From an uncultured Planctomycetota bacterium (GTDB lineage: Bacteria > Planctomycetota > Planctomycetia > Isosphaerales > Isosphaeraceae), in NCBI GenBank assembly GCA_963737655.1, contig CAVTTN010000002.1:3872001-3936000 (forward strand): 64,000 nucleotides of DNA, in the 5' to 3' direction. Positions 40,221 to 50,877 of this stretch are shown piece by piece. The position numbers were made by a program, and so were the translations under genes. Under the pieces are notes generated by a model. It was given only the letters and a program-made list of their open reading frames with translations, had not been told where the DNA came from and ran no database searches. Every line of letters starts with the position of its first letter. Within the stretch, counting starts at the first letter, position 1.

Positions 40221-40745
40221 ATGACCGTTCGTCGCCGATCGCTTTCGCATGGAACGGTGCTCCTGGTCGGCCTGGCGATCGGCTGGGGGCTGGCGACGGG
40301 TCGGCCCGCCCGGCTCCAGGCCGAGGCCAGTGACCGCTGGGGGGACCGGATCCTGATGACCGGGCCGATCGCCATCGAGCAGAATGCCCAGAAGACGCCG
40401 ATCCCCCAGGATGCCCTCTATTACCTCAATTACAACACCGGCATGCTGCTCGCGGCGATCCCTTCGTATCAGCAGACGACCGGAGGCACCCAGATCCTCA
40501 CGGATTTCGCCGAACGCGACCTGATCCGGGATTTCGATCTCAAGCCGGGGGTGAATCCGCACTTCCTGATGACGACCGGGAGCCTGGGGTTCCGCACCGA
40601 GGGTTGGGCCCCGTTGTTCGTGGTGGAGACGGAGACGGGTCAGGTGGCCGTTTACAAGGTGTCGGCCCAGGCGACCGTGGGTTCGAGCAAGCCGAATTTC
40701 CAGCTTTTGGAGAGGAAGCACGAGCCGAGGCTCGGCCGTCGCTGA
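40221..40745 (+). CDS. Hypothetical protein with N-terminal TM/signal
   Basis: AAGGAG RBS before ATG 40221; LLVGLAIGWGL; globular C-terminus. Confidence 0.75.
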   Translation: MTVRRRSLSHGTVLLVGLAIGWGLATGRPARLQAEASDRWGDRILMTGPIAIEQNAQKTPIPQDALYYLNYNTGMLLAAIPSYQQTTGGTQILTDFAERDLIRDFDLKPGVNPHFLMTTGSLGFRTEGWAPLFVVETETGQVAVYKVSAQATVGSSKPNFQLLERKHEPRLGRR

Positions 40746-40756
40746 GTGGCGCCGGC

Positions 40757-41454
40757 TTACTTGCCGCCCGGGTTGGCCGGCGGAGTCGCGGGGGGGGCGC
40801 AGTGGCCTCGACCTCCTTGGGAGGAGCCGTATCGTCCGAATCCGCCGGATGATACGGCCGGGCGTTCTGGTGATCGATCAGCCAGGAACCCTTCACGTCG
40901 AAGACCTTCGCGTGGCCGAACTCGCCCAGGGGGTCTGCGGGGCGTTCTTCGTCGTAGCTGGGGAAGGTATACCCCGTGGTGTGCTGGAAGAAGGCGAGCC
41001 AGGCGCGATCGAAGCCCAGGCCCCACGGGGGTTTGGTGTCGTAGTTGATGACGCCGAACATCTTCCGGTGGACCGGGGCGGTCTCCAGGCAGCAGAGGAG
41101 GATCGCCGTCATGGTCACGGCGCCGGCGAGGCCGAACAGCAGACGGCCGAGGTGGTAGATCGGCGTCGGCAGCCGGACCATCCCCGGGGCGAACATGTCG
41201 GTGCAAACCCGAAGGATGATCAGGGTCACGAGATAGATCCCGACGAGGCTGAGCATGTCGGCCCACCCCGCCATCGCCGAGGCGTTGTCCGAGATCACCT
41301 TCGCCAACGGCTCGTAGAAGTTGAACGCGATGATCCCGGCGAACATCATGTTGAGGAACATCAGGGCCGCGCCCCAGGCCCCCTCGCTCGACAACGCATA
41401 GGTCATCCCCAGGATCAGGACGGTCAGCGTGAGGTCAATCGCCACGGGGGGCAT
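40757..41454 (-). CDS. CvpA-family membrane protein; frameshift in G-run 40790-40797
   Basis: IDLTLTVLIL...EGAWGAA...AFNFYEPLA. Adding one base to the homopolymer gives the TAA stop at 40757. Confidence 0.75.
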
Positions 41455-41485
41455 CGGCGTCCTCGGATTCGAGAGTGGACAGAAA

Positions 41486-41590
41486 GCAGTGGGCAGTGGG
41501 CAGTGGGCAGTGGGCAGTGGGCAGGTGAGCGGGGATAGCGTTGGGTAGGCCGTCGATCCCCTCTTCCCTGCCCACTGCTCACTGCCCACT
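41486..41590. repeat. Heptamer tandem repeat (GCAGTGG)5 with inverted copy
   Basis: Five units at 41486-41520; inverted cctgcccactgctcactgcccact at 41567-41590. Confidence 0.9.
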
Positions 41591-41597
41591 CTGGAGA

Positions 41598-43352
41598 CTA
41601 CTTCACGACTCGCAGCAGTTCTTTGATGGATGTCTTGCCCTGGATGACCTGGCGGAGGCCGTCTTCCTGGAGGTAGATCATCCCGTTCTTGCGGGCCTCG
41701 GCCTTGATGGCGTTGATCGACGGGTTCTCGCGGATCAGGTCGCGCATCGGCTCGGTGATGACCAGGAGCTCGAAGATGCCGGTCCGGCCGACGTACCCCG
41801 TGCCCCCGCAGGTGGGGCAGACCTGTTCGGGGTTTTCCGGCGGGCGATAGAAGACGTCCACCTTGTCCACCGGCAGGTTGGCCTTCTGGAGGAACTCGGG
41901 CTTGGGCTTGTAGGGTTCCTTGCAGGTCTCGCAGAGGACGCGGACGAGCCGTTGGCCGAGGACCGCCGTGAGCGCCGAGGCGATCATGAAGGGCTCGACG
42001 CCCAGGTCGAGCAGCCGGAACAGGGCGGTGACGGTGTCGTTGGCGTGGACCGTCGAGAACACCATGTGGCCGGTCGTCGCCGCCTGGCAGGAGATGGTGG
42101 CCGTTTCCTGGTCGCGGATCTCGCCGATCATGATCACGTCCGGGTCCTGCCGGAGGATCGACCGGAGACTCGTCGCAAACGTCTGTCCCGCCTTGGAGTT
42201 AATCTCGATCTGGGTGATCCCGTCGATGTGATATTCGATCGGGTCCTCGACGGTGATGATGTTCTTCTGGAAGCGGTCGATCTCGCGGATGCAGGCGTAG
42301 AGCGTGGTGCTCTTGCCCGAGCCGGTCGGCCCGCAGCAGAGGAACATCCCGTGGGGCTGAGTGACCAGGCTGCGAACCTCCTGGGCCATCTTGGGCCGGA
42401 CGCCGATCTCGTCGACCTTGGCGACGGACGCGGCGTTGTCGAGGATTCGCATCACCAGCTTCTCGCCGGCCTTCGAACCGGACGTGGCCACGCGGAAGTC
42501 GATCTCCCGGCCTTCCAGCTTCGCGGCGAATGAGCCGTCCTGCGGCTTCCTCTTCTCGGAGATGTCCATCGCCGAGAGGACCTTGAAGATGTTGACGACG
42601 GCCACGCCGGTCTCGCGATCGAACGGCTCGGCGGCGTGGAGGATGCCGTCGATCCGGTAGCGGACGGCCAGTTGCTCCTGGGTCGGCTCGAGGTGGATGT
42701 CGGTCGCCCGGCGGAGCACGGCGTCGTACACAAGTTCCTTGGCACCCATGTAATAGGGCGATGTCTCCGCCTTCTCGACCCGGTCCGGATCGAGCTTCCC
42801 CTGGCTCTTCCCGATGAAGATGATCGGCGGCCCGGTCTTGTCGAGTCCGTCGTCGGTCCGGTTGAAGATCCCCTTCATCCCCAACTTGTTCATCAGGCCA
42901 TTGGCAATCTCGCCGAAGTGATAGGGAGTCAACACCTTCCGATCGTCGGGGACGGTCGGGTTCCTCTGACCATAGACGTAATAGAACAACGGGCCGAAGT
43001 AGAGGATCAGCAGCAGGAGCAGCCCGATGAAGTAGATCGGAATCAACCACAAGAGCGCGAAGCCGAGCAATCCCGTGAAGAACGTGATCGAGTTCCAGGT
43101 TTCGAACCTCAGGTTGTTGAGGTCCTTCATGTCGTCGTCGATCCAGTAGGTCGTCCAGGCCCACAGGATGTAGATCAGAAGGACCGGGACGAACTTGAAC
43201 AAGTTCATGTACATCCCGGGGCCGCGAAGCACGGCCATCTCGGTCGATTGGCCGAACAGGAGGACGCCGCCGAGATCCCCCGCCTCGGCGACCGGGGCGA
43301 AGCCGACGAGCAGGGCCAGGACAGCCAGGACGAGCGCGATCGGGCGGGACAT
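41598..43352 (-). CDS. GspE/PilB-family ATPase with N-terminal membrane domain
   Basis: [46 protein letters not shown]...CPTC. Confidence 0.93.
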   Translation of the reverse strand: MSRPIALVLAVLALLVGFAPVAEAGDLGGVLLFGQSTEMAVLRGPGMYMNLFKFVPVLLIYILWAWTTYWIDDDMKDLNNLRFETWNSITFFTGLLGFALLWLIPIYFIGLLLLLILYFGPLFYYVYGQRNPTVPDDRKVLTPYHFGEIANGLMNKLGMKGIFNRTDDGLDKTGPPIIFIGKSQGKLDPDRVEKAETSPYYMGAKELVYDAVLRRATDIHLEPTQEQLAVRYRIDGILHAAEPFDRETGVAVVNIFKVLSAMDISEKRKPQDGSFAAKLEGREIDFRVATSGSKAGEKLVMRILDNAASVAKVDEIGVRPKMAQEVRSLVTQPHGMFLCCGPTGSGKSTTLYACIREIDRFQKNIITVEDPIEYHIDGITQIEINSKAGQTFATSLRSILRQDPDVIMIGEIRDQETATISCQAATTGHMVFSTVHANDTVTALFRLLDLGVEPFMIASALTAVLGQRLVRVLCETCKEPYKPKPEFLQKANLPVDKVDVFYRPPENPEQVCPTCGGTGYVGRTGIFELLVITEPMRDLIRENPSINAIKAEARKNGMIYLQEDGLRQVIQGKTSIKELLRVVK

Positions 43353-43438
43353 CGGGGACCTCGGCGTCGGGGCGATCCAAAACGGGGCGTGGCGATGCGT
43401 TGCGATAAGTTTCGATGCGTTCGGTCGGGGGCGGCCGA

Positions 43439-44596
43439 TCAGAGGATGCCGGCCTCGGGCAGAGTAATCCCCTTGAGCGCCATTCTCAAGGCGTCGGGGT
43501 TCGGAGCCACCTCGAATGCGGTCGATCGTTCGACTTTCTCGGCCACCACGAGCTGGCGGAGGCTCTCGGTGAAGTCCACCATCCCCTCCTGCTTGCCCAT
43601 CCGGATCGCCTGGGCGAGCTTGATGTCTTCCTCGGTGAGGATCAGCTTGCGGACGATCGGGTTCATCCGCATGATCTCGCAGAGGGGGACGCGGCTCTGC
43701 CCGGTGGCGGCGGCCCAGTCCTTGGCCGTCGGCAGGAGCTTCTGGGCGATCACGGCCTTGAGGTTGAACGCCAGGTTCTGCCTCATCGCCGCGTGCATGT
43801 CCTGGGGGAACAGGTCGAGGATTCGGGAGATCGTCGAGGGTGCCGACGAGGCGTGGAGCGTCCCGAAGACCAGGTGGCCGGTCTCGGCCGCGTGGAGGGC
43901 CGCGTTGAACGTGTCCCGGTCTCGCATCTCGCCCACCAGGATGATGTCCGGGTCCTGCCGGACCGCGTGCTTCAACGCCGTGTCCCAGTCGCAGACGTCG
44001 ATGCCGACCTCTCGCTGGTTGATGATGCACTTATCGTCGGTGAACGTGAATTCGATCGGGTCCTCGATCGTCACGATGTGGCAGCGTTCGGTCTCGTTCA
44101 CGTAGTTGAGCATCGAGGCGATCGTGGTCGACTTGCCCGACCCGGTCACGCCGGAGAGGATGATGATCCCCTGGTCTTCCTTGACGATCTCGGCGAGGAT
44201 CGGCGGCAGGCCCAGGCCCTCGAAGTTGGGGATCTTGGTGTTGACGCGCCGGGCCACCAGGCTGAGCCGTCCCCGGGCGCGGAACAGGTTCACGCGGAAC
44301 CGGTTCTCGACGCCATCGGTGTCCACGACGATGTGGGCGAAGTCGGCCCCGCCGGTCTCCTCCAAAATGTTGCGCTGCCGGGGCGTCATGATCGGGTACA
44401 TCAGCCGTTCCATGTCGGCCGTGGTCAGCTGAGGCAGCTGCATCTGGCGGAGGACGCCCGAGAGCCTCATCGACGGGGCCATCCCCACCTTCAGGTGGAG
44501 GTCCGACCCCTTGTGCTTCATGACCATCCGGAACAGCTTGTTCGCCTCGGGCTCGTTGACCGACGATTCGATCGTGGTGGCTTCCACGGTGGACAT
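43439..44596 (-). CDS. pilT: PilT/PilU-family ATPase
   Basis: [52 protein letters not shown]. Confidence 0.9.
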   Translation of the reverse strand: MSTVEATTIESSVNEPEANKLFRMVMKHKGSDLHLKVGMAPSMRLSGVLRQMQLPQLTTADMERLMYPIMTPRQRNILEETGGADFAHIVVDTDGVENRFRVNLFRARGRLSLVARRVNTKIPNFEGLGLPPILAEIVKEDQGIIILSGVTGSGKSTTIASMLNYVNETERCHIVTIEDPIEFTFTDDKCIINQREVGIDVCDWDTALKHAVRQDPDIILVGEMRDRDTFNAALHAAETGHLVFGTLHASSAPSTISRILDLFPQDMHAAMRQNLAFNLKAVIAQKLLPTAKDWAAATGQSRVPLCEIMRMNPIVRKLILTEEDIKLAQAIRMGKQEGMVDFTESLRQLVVAEKVERSTAFEVAPNPDALRMALKGITLPEAGIL

Positions 44597-44669
44597 GGAC
44601 GGGCGCTCCGTGGCGGAAATCCTGAATTCCCAGGGCGTTGCGATCGGAGAGAGGACGGGGACGCCGGGA

Positions 44670-45469
44670 TCAACCCGTGGCCGCCACCGGCACCGGCCGG
44701 CTCGTGAGCCTCACGGGGACGCCTCGGCGGGCGAGGTATTCCTTGGTCTGAGCGATCGTGAATTCGCGATAGTGGAAGATGCTGGCGGCCAGGGCGGCCG
44801 AGGCGCCCCCTTCGTCCAGGGCCGCCCTCAGGTGCTCGGGCGAGCCGCCCCCCCCGAGGCGACCACCGGGACGCCCACGGCGTCGCTGACCGCCCGGGTC
44901 ATCGGCAAATCATACCCGTTCTTCGTCCCGTCCGCATCCATGCTGGTCAGGACAATTTCGCCGGCGCCCAGTTCTTCCACCCGGACCGCCCATTCCACGG
45001 CCTCCAGCCCGGTTGTGAGCCTTCCGCCGTTGATGTGAACTTCCCAGACTTCCCGATCGCCGCGGCCTACCCGCTTCGGGTCGATGTTCACCACGATGCA
45101 CTGCCGGCCGAATCGCCGGGCGGCCCGGCGGACGAACTCCGGGTCGCGGACGGCCGCCGAGTTGATCGAAACCTTGTCGGCACCGGCATTTAAGAGAGCA
45201 CGGATGTCGTCCAGGTCGCGGATTCCCCCGCCGACGGTCAGGGGCATGAAGCAGACTTCCGCCGTCCTCCGGACCACGTCCAGGAGGATCCCCCGATTCT
45301 CGTGACTGGCGGTGATATCGAGGAAGACCAGCTCGTCGGCCCCTTCCTCCTCGTATCGCGAGGCGACCTCCACCGGGTCGCCGGCATCGCGGAGGTTGAG
45401 GAAGTTCGTCCCCTTGACAACGCGCCCGGCGTTGACGTCCAGGCAGGGGATGATCCGCTTGGCGAGCAT
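44670..45469 (-). CDS. hisF: Imidazole glycerol phosphate synthase cyclase subunit; frameshift near 44845-44855
   Basis: [36 protein letters not shown]; shifted frame continues GSPEHL...ALAASIFHY to TGA 44670. Confidence 0.95.
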
Positions 45470-45609
45470 GCCGAATCCCGGTCCGAGGGCGAAAAATGGG
45501 CCGACCCGGGGCCATCGGGTGGGCCAGCCCAAATCTTATCCCGACGGTCCGGCCAATCCTAGACTCTCCCCGCGAAACCGCGACCCTGGGTACTCTTACT
45601 CGGTCCCGG

Positions 45610-46227
45610 TCAGATCAAGATGAACCCGGCCCACATCATGAACGGCAGCTCCACGAGGCAGAGGACACCCAGGACCAGGCCGAGCCGATCGATCCAGTCC
45701 GCAGACCGCCGACAACGTCGATCGATCGCCAACGAAAGCCACGAGGCCGCCACCGAGGCCCCGGCCGCCATCATGAAGAGCACGACCGAGCGGAACGCCA
45801 GGCCGTACATCTCCGGCTGGATCGCCCCGCGGGCCACGAAGATTCGCGTCCAGAGAGGCACCACCAGCACACCCCAGCCGGCCCCCATCGCCAGGACCGA
45901 CCCGGCGACGCTCCGAACCGCCGCGCTCCCCGGCCGCCAGCGTCGACGACCCGGCCTTGGCGGCACGAACCTCAAGATCGCCAGGGCCAATCCCCAGCAC
46001 AGGAGGAATGGCGCGGCGATCTCGAACCAGAACAGCAGATAGACCGGCGCCGACCAGAACCCGCGAAGTCGGGCGTTCTGGATCACGCTCATGGGGTCGC
46101 CAAAATCGGCGTCATACGATCCCATCACCTTCTGCATGAATCGCAGGGCCACCGCCGTCGCGGCCGTCAGCACGAGGCCGTCGAGGATCGTGAAGCGACG
46201 AGGCCGGCGGCCGGCGGGTGCGCTCAT
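45610..46227 (-). CDS. Membrane protein (RRFTILDGLVL-type N-terminus)
   Basis: Several TM segments; ATGA overlap with upstream gene. Confidence 0.7.
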   Translation of the reverse strand: MSAPAGRRPRRFTILDGLVLTAATAVALRFMQKVMGSYDADFGDPMSVIQNARLRGFWSAPVYLLFWFEIAAPFLLCWGLALAILRFVPPRPGRRRWRPGSAAVRSVAGSVLAMGAGWGVLVVPLWTRIFVARGAIQPEMYGLAFRSVVLFMMAAGASVAASWLSLAIDRRCRRSADWIDRLGLVLGVLCLVELPFMMWAGFILI

Positions 46228-46829
46228 GAATCGTCCTCATTCAGGGCGTTCCGCCAGAACGCCACCCGTTTTTCGGCCCGGGCGAGATGCTCGACCAGAA
46301 GCGCCTCATCCTGATCGTCCCAGACGCCGCGTTCCACCACGTCCTCGACGAATCGGAGATGCTCCTCCGGCACGAGCAAGTAAGCGATGGCCTCCAGGCC
46401 GATCCGGCGGCGGTCGCGATCGATTCCCCGGCTCCAGGCGGCCAGGAATGGCAGGATCTCGCGATCCTTCCTCCGCGCCAGGGCGGAGGCGGCCGCCTCC
46501 ACGATCGAGGGCCGAGGGTCGGCCAGCAGCGACCGGAGCCGGCCGATCAGGCGAGCGTCGAACGGGGGACACTCGGCGATCGCGGCCCGGACGATCGTCT
46601 CATCCGGGTCGTCGAGCAATTTCAGGAGGAGCGCCGAGACCTCGGGTTCCCCCTTCCTCCGTTCGGAAAGCTCGATGAGGGCGGAAGTTCGGTCGTGGAC
46701 CGATCGGGAAGGATCCTCGGCCGTCCCCGCCAGGTCCGCCGTCGATCCCGTCGGGGCGACTTCCGCCTTCTCCGGGCCTTCGAGCCTCGACAAGACCGCT
46801 TTCAGGCGATCGGCCAGCGCCTCATCCAT
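46224..46829 (-). CDS. HEAT-repeat protein
   Basis: LLDDPDETIVRAAI, LLADPRPSIVEAAASAL. Confidence 0.75.
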   Translation of the reverse strand: MDEALADRLKAVLSRLEGPEKAEVAPTGSTADLAGTAEDPSRSVHDRTSALIELSERRKGEPEVSALLLKLLDDPDETIVRAAIAECPPFDARLIGRLRSLLADPRPSIVEAAASALARRKDREILPFLAAWSRGIDRDRRRIGLEAIAYLLVPEEHLRFVEDVVERGVWDDQDEALLVEHLARAEKRVAFWRNALNEDDS

Positions 46830-48828
46830 CGCCGAGCCCCGATCGGAGAGGGCCCACGTGCCCGAGGGCCTCGACGATCCTCGGGCATTCGGGCAAGGAG
46901 CCGAGGAACTGCTTCCCATACGGCTTGGTGAGGACTCTCGGGTCTAAAATGGCAACAATCCCGGTGTCCGTCTTGTGGCGGATCAATCGCCCGAACCCCT
47001 GTTTCAGCTTGATGATGGCCTCGGGCACCTGGAAATCCAGGAACGGATTGCCCCCCCGTCGGCGGATCGCCTCCAGGCGGGCCTCGATCAACGGCCGGTC
47101 CGGCACGCTGAACGGCAACCTCGTGATGATCACGTTGGAGAGCGACTCGCCCGGCACATCGACCCCCTGCCAGAAACTATCCGTCCCGAAGATGACGCTG
47201 TCCACGTCCCGCCGGAACGCCTCCACCATCTTCGTTCGGGTCGTCCCATCCGATTGGCAAAATAAGGCAATATTCTTCGAGGCCAGCCACGGCGTGAGGC
47301 AGCGGGCGGCTTCCTCCATCATCCGGTACGAGGTGAACAGGACGAAGGCCTTGCCGTGGGTCTTTTCCAGGTAGAAGCGGATGGCGTCGATCGACCGCCG
47401 TTCGAATTCCTTCGGATCTTCGGACGGGTCGGGGAGGTCGCGGGGGATGTGGAGCGTGACCTGATTCGGATAGTCAAACGGGCTCCCGAGTTGCAGAGTC
47501 TTGCACCGGGTCAGCCCCAGCCGGGTCTTGGCGAACCCGAAGCCCGGCGGATGGCCGACGCTCAGGGTCGCCGAGGTCAGGATGCACGTCGGGACGCGGT
47601 CGAACAGGTCTCGGCGGAGGGTCGGCCCGACGTCCAGAGGCGCCCGGCAGAGGTTCACCCGCCTCTTTCCCGCCTCCACCTCGATCCAGTGGACCTCGCC
47701 GTCCGGGTCGTCCTGAGAAAGCCACGACGAGAGGGACAGGGCCAGGCCGTCGCATCGTTCGCTCGCCGAGGAGAGCTCAACCTTCTGCTCCTCCTCGCCG
47801 ACCGACTCCGCGGCCCGGGCGATGGCCGAGGCGAGCTTGCGAAGCTCCTCGCCCAGGATGTCCGGGATCGGCAAGGGGCGCCGAAGCCGCCCATTCGACG
47901 CACCTTTGGCCCCTTGCCAGTGCCCCACGGCATCGAAGAACTCGCGGGCCGCCTGCCGGGACCGGACCACCTGCCCCATCGCGTCATGGAGCCGATGATA
48001 AACCAGTAAACCCTTGGCCGTCCTCTCGTTATAAAGCCGGGACAGGACGTAATCCACGCCCGACGAGCTGACCCGAAGGCCCAGGTGGTCGCCGGCCACC
48101 GCCTCCAGAGTGTGGGCCTCGTCGAAGATCACGATGTCGTGCTCGGGCAGAAAGCCGGTCCCCTGCCCTCGTAACGCAAGGTCGCTGAAATACAACGCAT
48201 GATTCACCACGAGGATGTTGGCCGACCACATCCTCCTTCTTGCCTTGAAGTAATGGCAATCGCGATACCTGGGGCACTTCTTGCCCAGGCAGTTTCCGTT
48301 CTCGCTGGCCACCGCCTCCCACACGGCCGGGGACGGGCGAAAATCGAGGTCCGAACGGCTCCCGTCCTCGGTCCGGGCCGCCCAACGCCTCAGCTCACCA
48401 ATCTGATCGAAGTCGGCGGGGTCGTGGAACGTGGAGCCTGCGCGTGCATGGGTCGATTCAAGCCTTCTTAAGCTGATATAATTGGATCGTCCCTTGATCA
48501 GGACGGCCGTGAACTCCTGGGGCATGACCGCCCGGAGGAACGGTAAGTCCTTACTTAGCAATTGTTCCTGGAGGCTGATGGTGTGGGTCGAGACGACGAC
48601 CTTCTTGCCCGATTCGGCCGCCGCGAGGATCGCCGGGACCAGGTAGGCGAAACTCTTGCCGACGCCCGTGCCGGCCTCGACCATCAGGTGATGCCCTTCG
48701 GCCATGGCCTCGGCGGCGGCCGAGGCCATCGCGACCTGCTCGGACCTCGGCTCATATCCCGAGAGCCGCCGCGAGACCGAGCCATCCGGGCCGAGGATCG
48801 CCGAAGGGTCGAGGCGCATCCGGGCCAT
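46822..48828 (-). CDS. dinG: DinG/YoaA-family ATP-dependent DNA helicase
   Basis: EAGTGVGKS, KGRSNY, CLGKKC...C, DEAH, LTSATL, FWQGVDVPG, QGFGRLIR. Confidence 0.93.
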   Translation of the reverse strand: MARMRLDPSAILGPDGSVSRRLSGYEPRSEQVAMASAAAEAMAEGHHLMVEAGTGVGKSFAYLVPAILAAAESGKKVVVSTHTISLQEQLLSKDLPFLRAVMPQEFTAVLIKGRSNYISLRRLESTHARAGSTFHDPADFDQIGELRRWAARTEDGSRSDLDFRPSPAVWEAVASENGNCLGKKCPRYRDCHYFKARRRMWSANILVVNHALYFSDLALRGQGTGFLPEHDIVIFDEAHTLEAVAGDHLGLRVSSSGVDYVLSRLYNERTAKGLLVYHRLHDAMGQVVRSRQAAREFFDAVGHWQGAKGASNGRLRRPLPIPDILGEELRKLASAIARAAESVGEEEQKVELSSASERCDGLALSLSSWLSQDDPDGEVHWIEVEAGKRRVNLCRAPLDVGPTLRRDLFDRVPTCILTSATLSVGHPPGFGFAKTRLGLTRCKTLQLGSPFDYPNQVTLHIPRDLPDPSEDPKEFERRSIDAIRFYLEKTHGKAFVLFTSYRMMEEAARCLTPWLASKNIALFCQSDGTTRTKMVEAFRRDVDSVIFGTDSFWQGVDVPGESLSNVIITRLPFSVPDRPLIEARLEAIRRRGGNPFLDFQVPEAIIKLKQGFGRLIRHKTDTGIVAILDPRVLTKPYGKQFLGSLPECPRIVEALGHVGPLRSGLGDG

Positions 48829-48848
48829 CCTTGTCCATCGAGAAAGGG

Positions 48849-49874
48849 CTATCGCCCCGTGGCCAGCCCCTCCGTCGGGCTGCTGGCCGTCGCATAGAGC
48901 TTCTTCGGGATCCGCCCCGCGCCCGAAGCCAGACGACCCGCCTCCACGGCCAGCCTCATGGCGTGGGCCATCCGCAAAGGATCGCTCGCCCCGGCGATCC
49001 CCGTATTCAGGAGCACGCCGTCGCAACCTAATTCCATCGCGATCGTTACGTCGCTCGCCGTACCGACGCCCGCATCGACGATCACCGGATAATCCGGATC
49101 GCCGGCCTTCAGGTCTTCGAGGATGATTCGGAGGTTGTTCGGGTTCAGGACGCCCTGGCCGCTGCCGATCGGGCTGCCGGCCGGCATCACGCTGGACGCC
49201 CCCTCCGCCTTCAGGCGACGGGCCATCACCGGGTCGTCGCTGGTGTAGCAGAGGACTCGAAATCCTTCCGCCACCAATAGTTTCGTCGCCTCGAGGGTTG
49301 CCAGAGGGTCGGGAAGCAGGGTCCTCGGGTCCGCCAGGACTTCCAGCTTGACCCAGTCGGCGCCGGGGTTTTCCAGCCCCAGGAGGATCTCCCGGCCCAG
49401 CCGGGCGGTCCGGACCGCGTCCTCGGCCGAGAAGCACCCGGCGGTATTCGGAAGGATCGTGAACCGCCGCAAATCGATGAAATCCAGGAGCTTGCGTCCG
49501 GACCGGTCCTGGAGCCTCTCGCGACGGACCGCCACGGTCACGACCTCGGATCCCGAGGCGTCCAGGCAATCCCTCATCAGCTCCAGGGAAGAGTACTTAC
49601 CCGTCCCCACAAGTAACCGGCTGCGAAACCGGTGCCCCCCGATCATCAGGGGAGGGGGCGAGTCCAGGTCCGGGGCCCCTCCTCCCACGAGCGTAACCAC
49701 TTCCAGGACATCTCCTTCGGTCACGGGAGTGGATTCGTGACGAGTCCTCGGAACGAGATCCCGATTCTTCTCCACGGCCACGTGCTCGGATCGCAACTCC
49801 AAAATGGCAAGCAGTTTAGAGACCGTCAAGGGTCCGGGCAGGCAACGGGGCTGACCATTGAGTGTGATCGTCAC
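48849..49874 (-). CDS. thiG: ThiS-ThiG fusion (sulfur carrier + thiazole synthase)
   Basis: ITLNG...VAVEKN...[10 protein letters not shown] read in frame into [38 protein letters not shown]. Confidence 0.93.
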   Translation of the reverse strand: MTITLNGQPRCLPGPLTVSKLLAILELRSEHVAVEKNRDLVPRTRHESTPVTEGDVLEVVTLVGGGAPDLDSPPPLMIGGHRFRSRLLVGTGKYSSLELMRDCLDASGSEVVTVAVRRERLQDRSGRKLLDFIDLRRFTILPNTAGCFSAEDAVRTARLGREILLGLENPGADWVKLEVLADPRTLLPDPLATLEATKLLVAEGFRVLCYTSDDPVMARRLKAEGASSVMPAGSPIGSGQGVLNPNNLRIILEDLKAGDPDYPVIVDAGVGTASDVTIAMELGCDGVLLNTGIAGASDPLRMAHAMRLAVEAGRLASGAGRIPKKLYATASSPTEGLATGR

Positions 49875-49914
49875 GAAAAACGTCGCCCCGAGGGTGTGAT
49901 CTCCACGTCCGTCC

Positions 49915-49944
49915 ATCCTAAGCCGCCCGCCCGAACCGGGTCAA
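49915..49944 (-). promoter_or_regulatory. Sigma70-like promoter of the thiS-thiG operon
   Basis: TTGACC-18 nt-TAGGAT. Confidence 0.5.
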
Positions 49945-50257
49945 GCGAACCCTCGATTCGAGAGCGACGGTTTCTCCGGGGGATTCTACCGTTCGTTGCA
50001 CATCCCCACTCAATCATAGATAAACTCATATAATAAATCTCAAATAATATAAAACTTGCGCACTTCAATCGAGTCACTCGTAGTGGAAGAGGGCATTCGG
50101 CAGCCGAGAAGTTGCGGACTGAATGCAGGAAATCCATTCCTCAGTAATCTGCGTCATCTGCAGTTGCCGATAACCTTCGATCTGTTTATAAGGTGTAGCA
50201 CAGATTTTCATCTTTATCATTTCGCCATTACACATGATAATTCCAATGAGACAGCCT

Positions 50258-50812
50258 TCAAAGTCCGCGCAAAGCGCGCCGATTCTTTTCGATCTGAAAG
50301 TGGCAGAGCGCGACGGCGCAGGCATCGGCCACGTCGTGAGGTTCGGGCAGATGTTCCAGGCGGAGCTCGGTCTGGATGGCATGTTGAATTTGGAGTTTCG
50401 GCGCCCGGCCGCTTCCAGTGAGGCTCTTCTTGATTCGGGTCGCTGCGTAACCCACGACGGGGACACCCCTTCGGGCCGCCGCGAGCATGATGACCCCCCG
50501 GGCATGGGCCATCAGGATGGCCGTCCTCGGATGCTTGACATGGCTATGCACCTGCTCCAGGGCCAGGGCCTCGGGAGGGAACGCATCAAGGACTTCGAGA
50601 ACGCCTCGGTGGATGCGTTCCAGGCGACTTGCCAGATTCGAGGCGTCCCGACCCCCGCGAACGACCCCCGCTTCCACGACGCGAGCCCCCGAGCCGAACG
50701 GCTCGACCACGGCATAGCCAGTCACGCTCAGCCCCGGGTCGATCCCCACGACCCGCCCCGTCACGGGTGCGAAGGGAATTTCCGATTGAGAAACGCGGGC
50801 GCTCGTCGCCAT
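50258..50812 (-). CDS. ruvC: Holliday junction resolvase
   Basis: VVGIDPG, ALEQ, MAHARGVI, IKKSLTGSGRAPK, DVADACAVALCH. Confidence 0.95.
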   Translation of the reverse strand: MATSARVSQSEIPFAPVTGRVVGIDPGLSVTGYAVVEPFGSGARVVEAGVVRGGRDASNLASRLERIHRGVLEVLDAFPPEALALEQVHSHVKHPRTAILMAHARGVIMLAAARRGVPVVGYAATRIKKSLTGSGRAPKLQIQHAIQTELRLEHLPEPHDVADACAVALCHFQIEKNRRALRGL

Positions 50813-50877
50813 GATTACGCGTATCCTTCCCTGGAAGATCGTTTCTGGATCGCTGCAAACCCATCCTGGGTTCAGAT

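Noticed and set aside
41486..41590. CRISPR array
   Set aside because: 7-nt tandem units without spacers; no cas genes
49875..50050. TPP riboswitch before thiS-thiG
   Set aside because: No CUGAGA core seen; the predicted promoter leaves only a short leader
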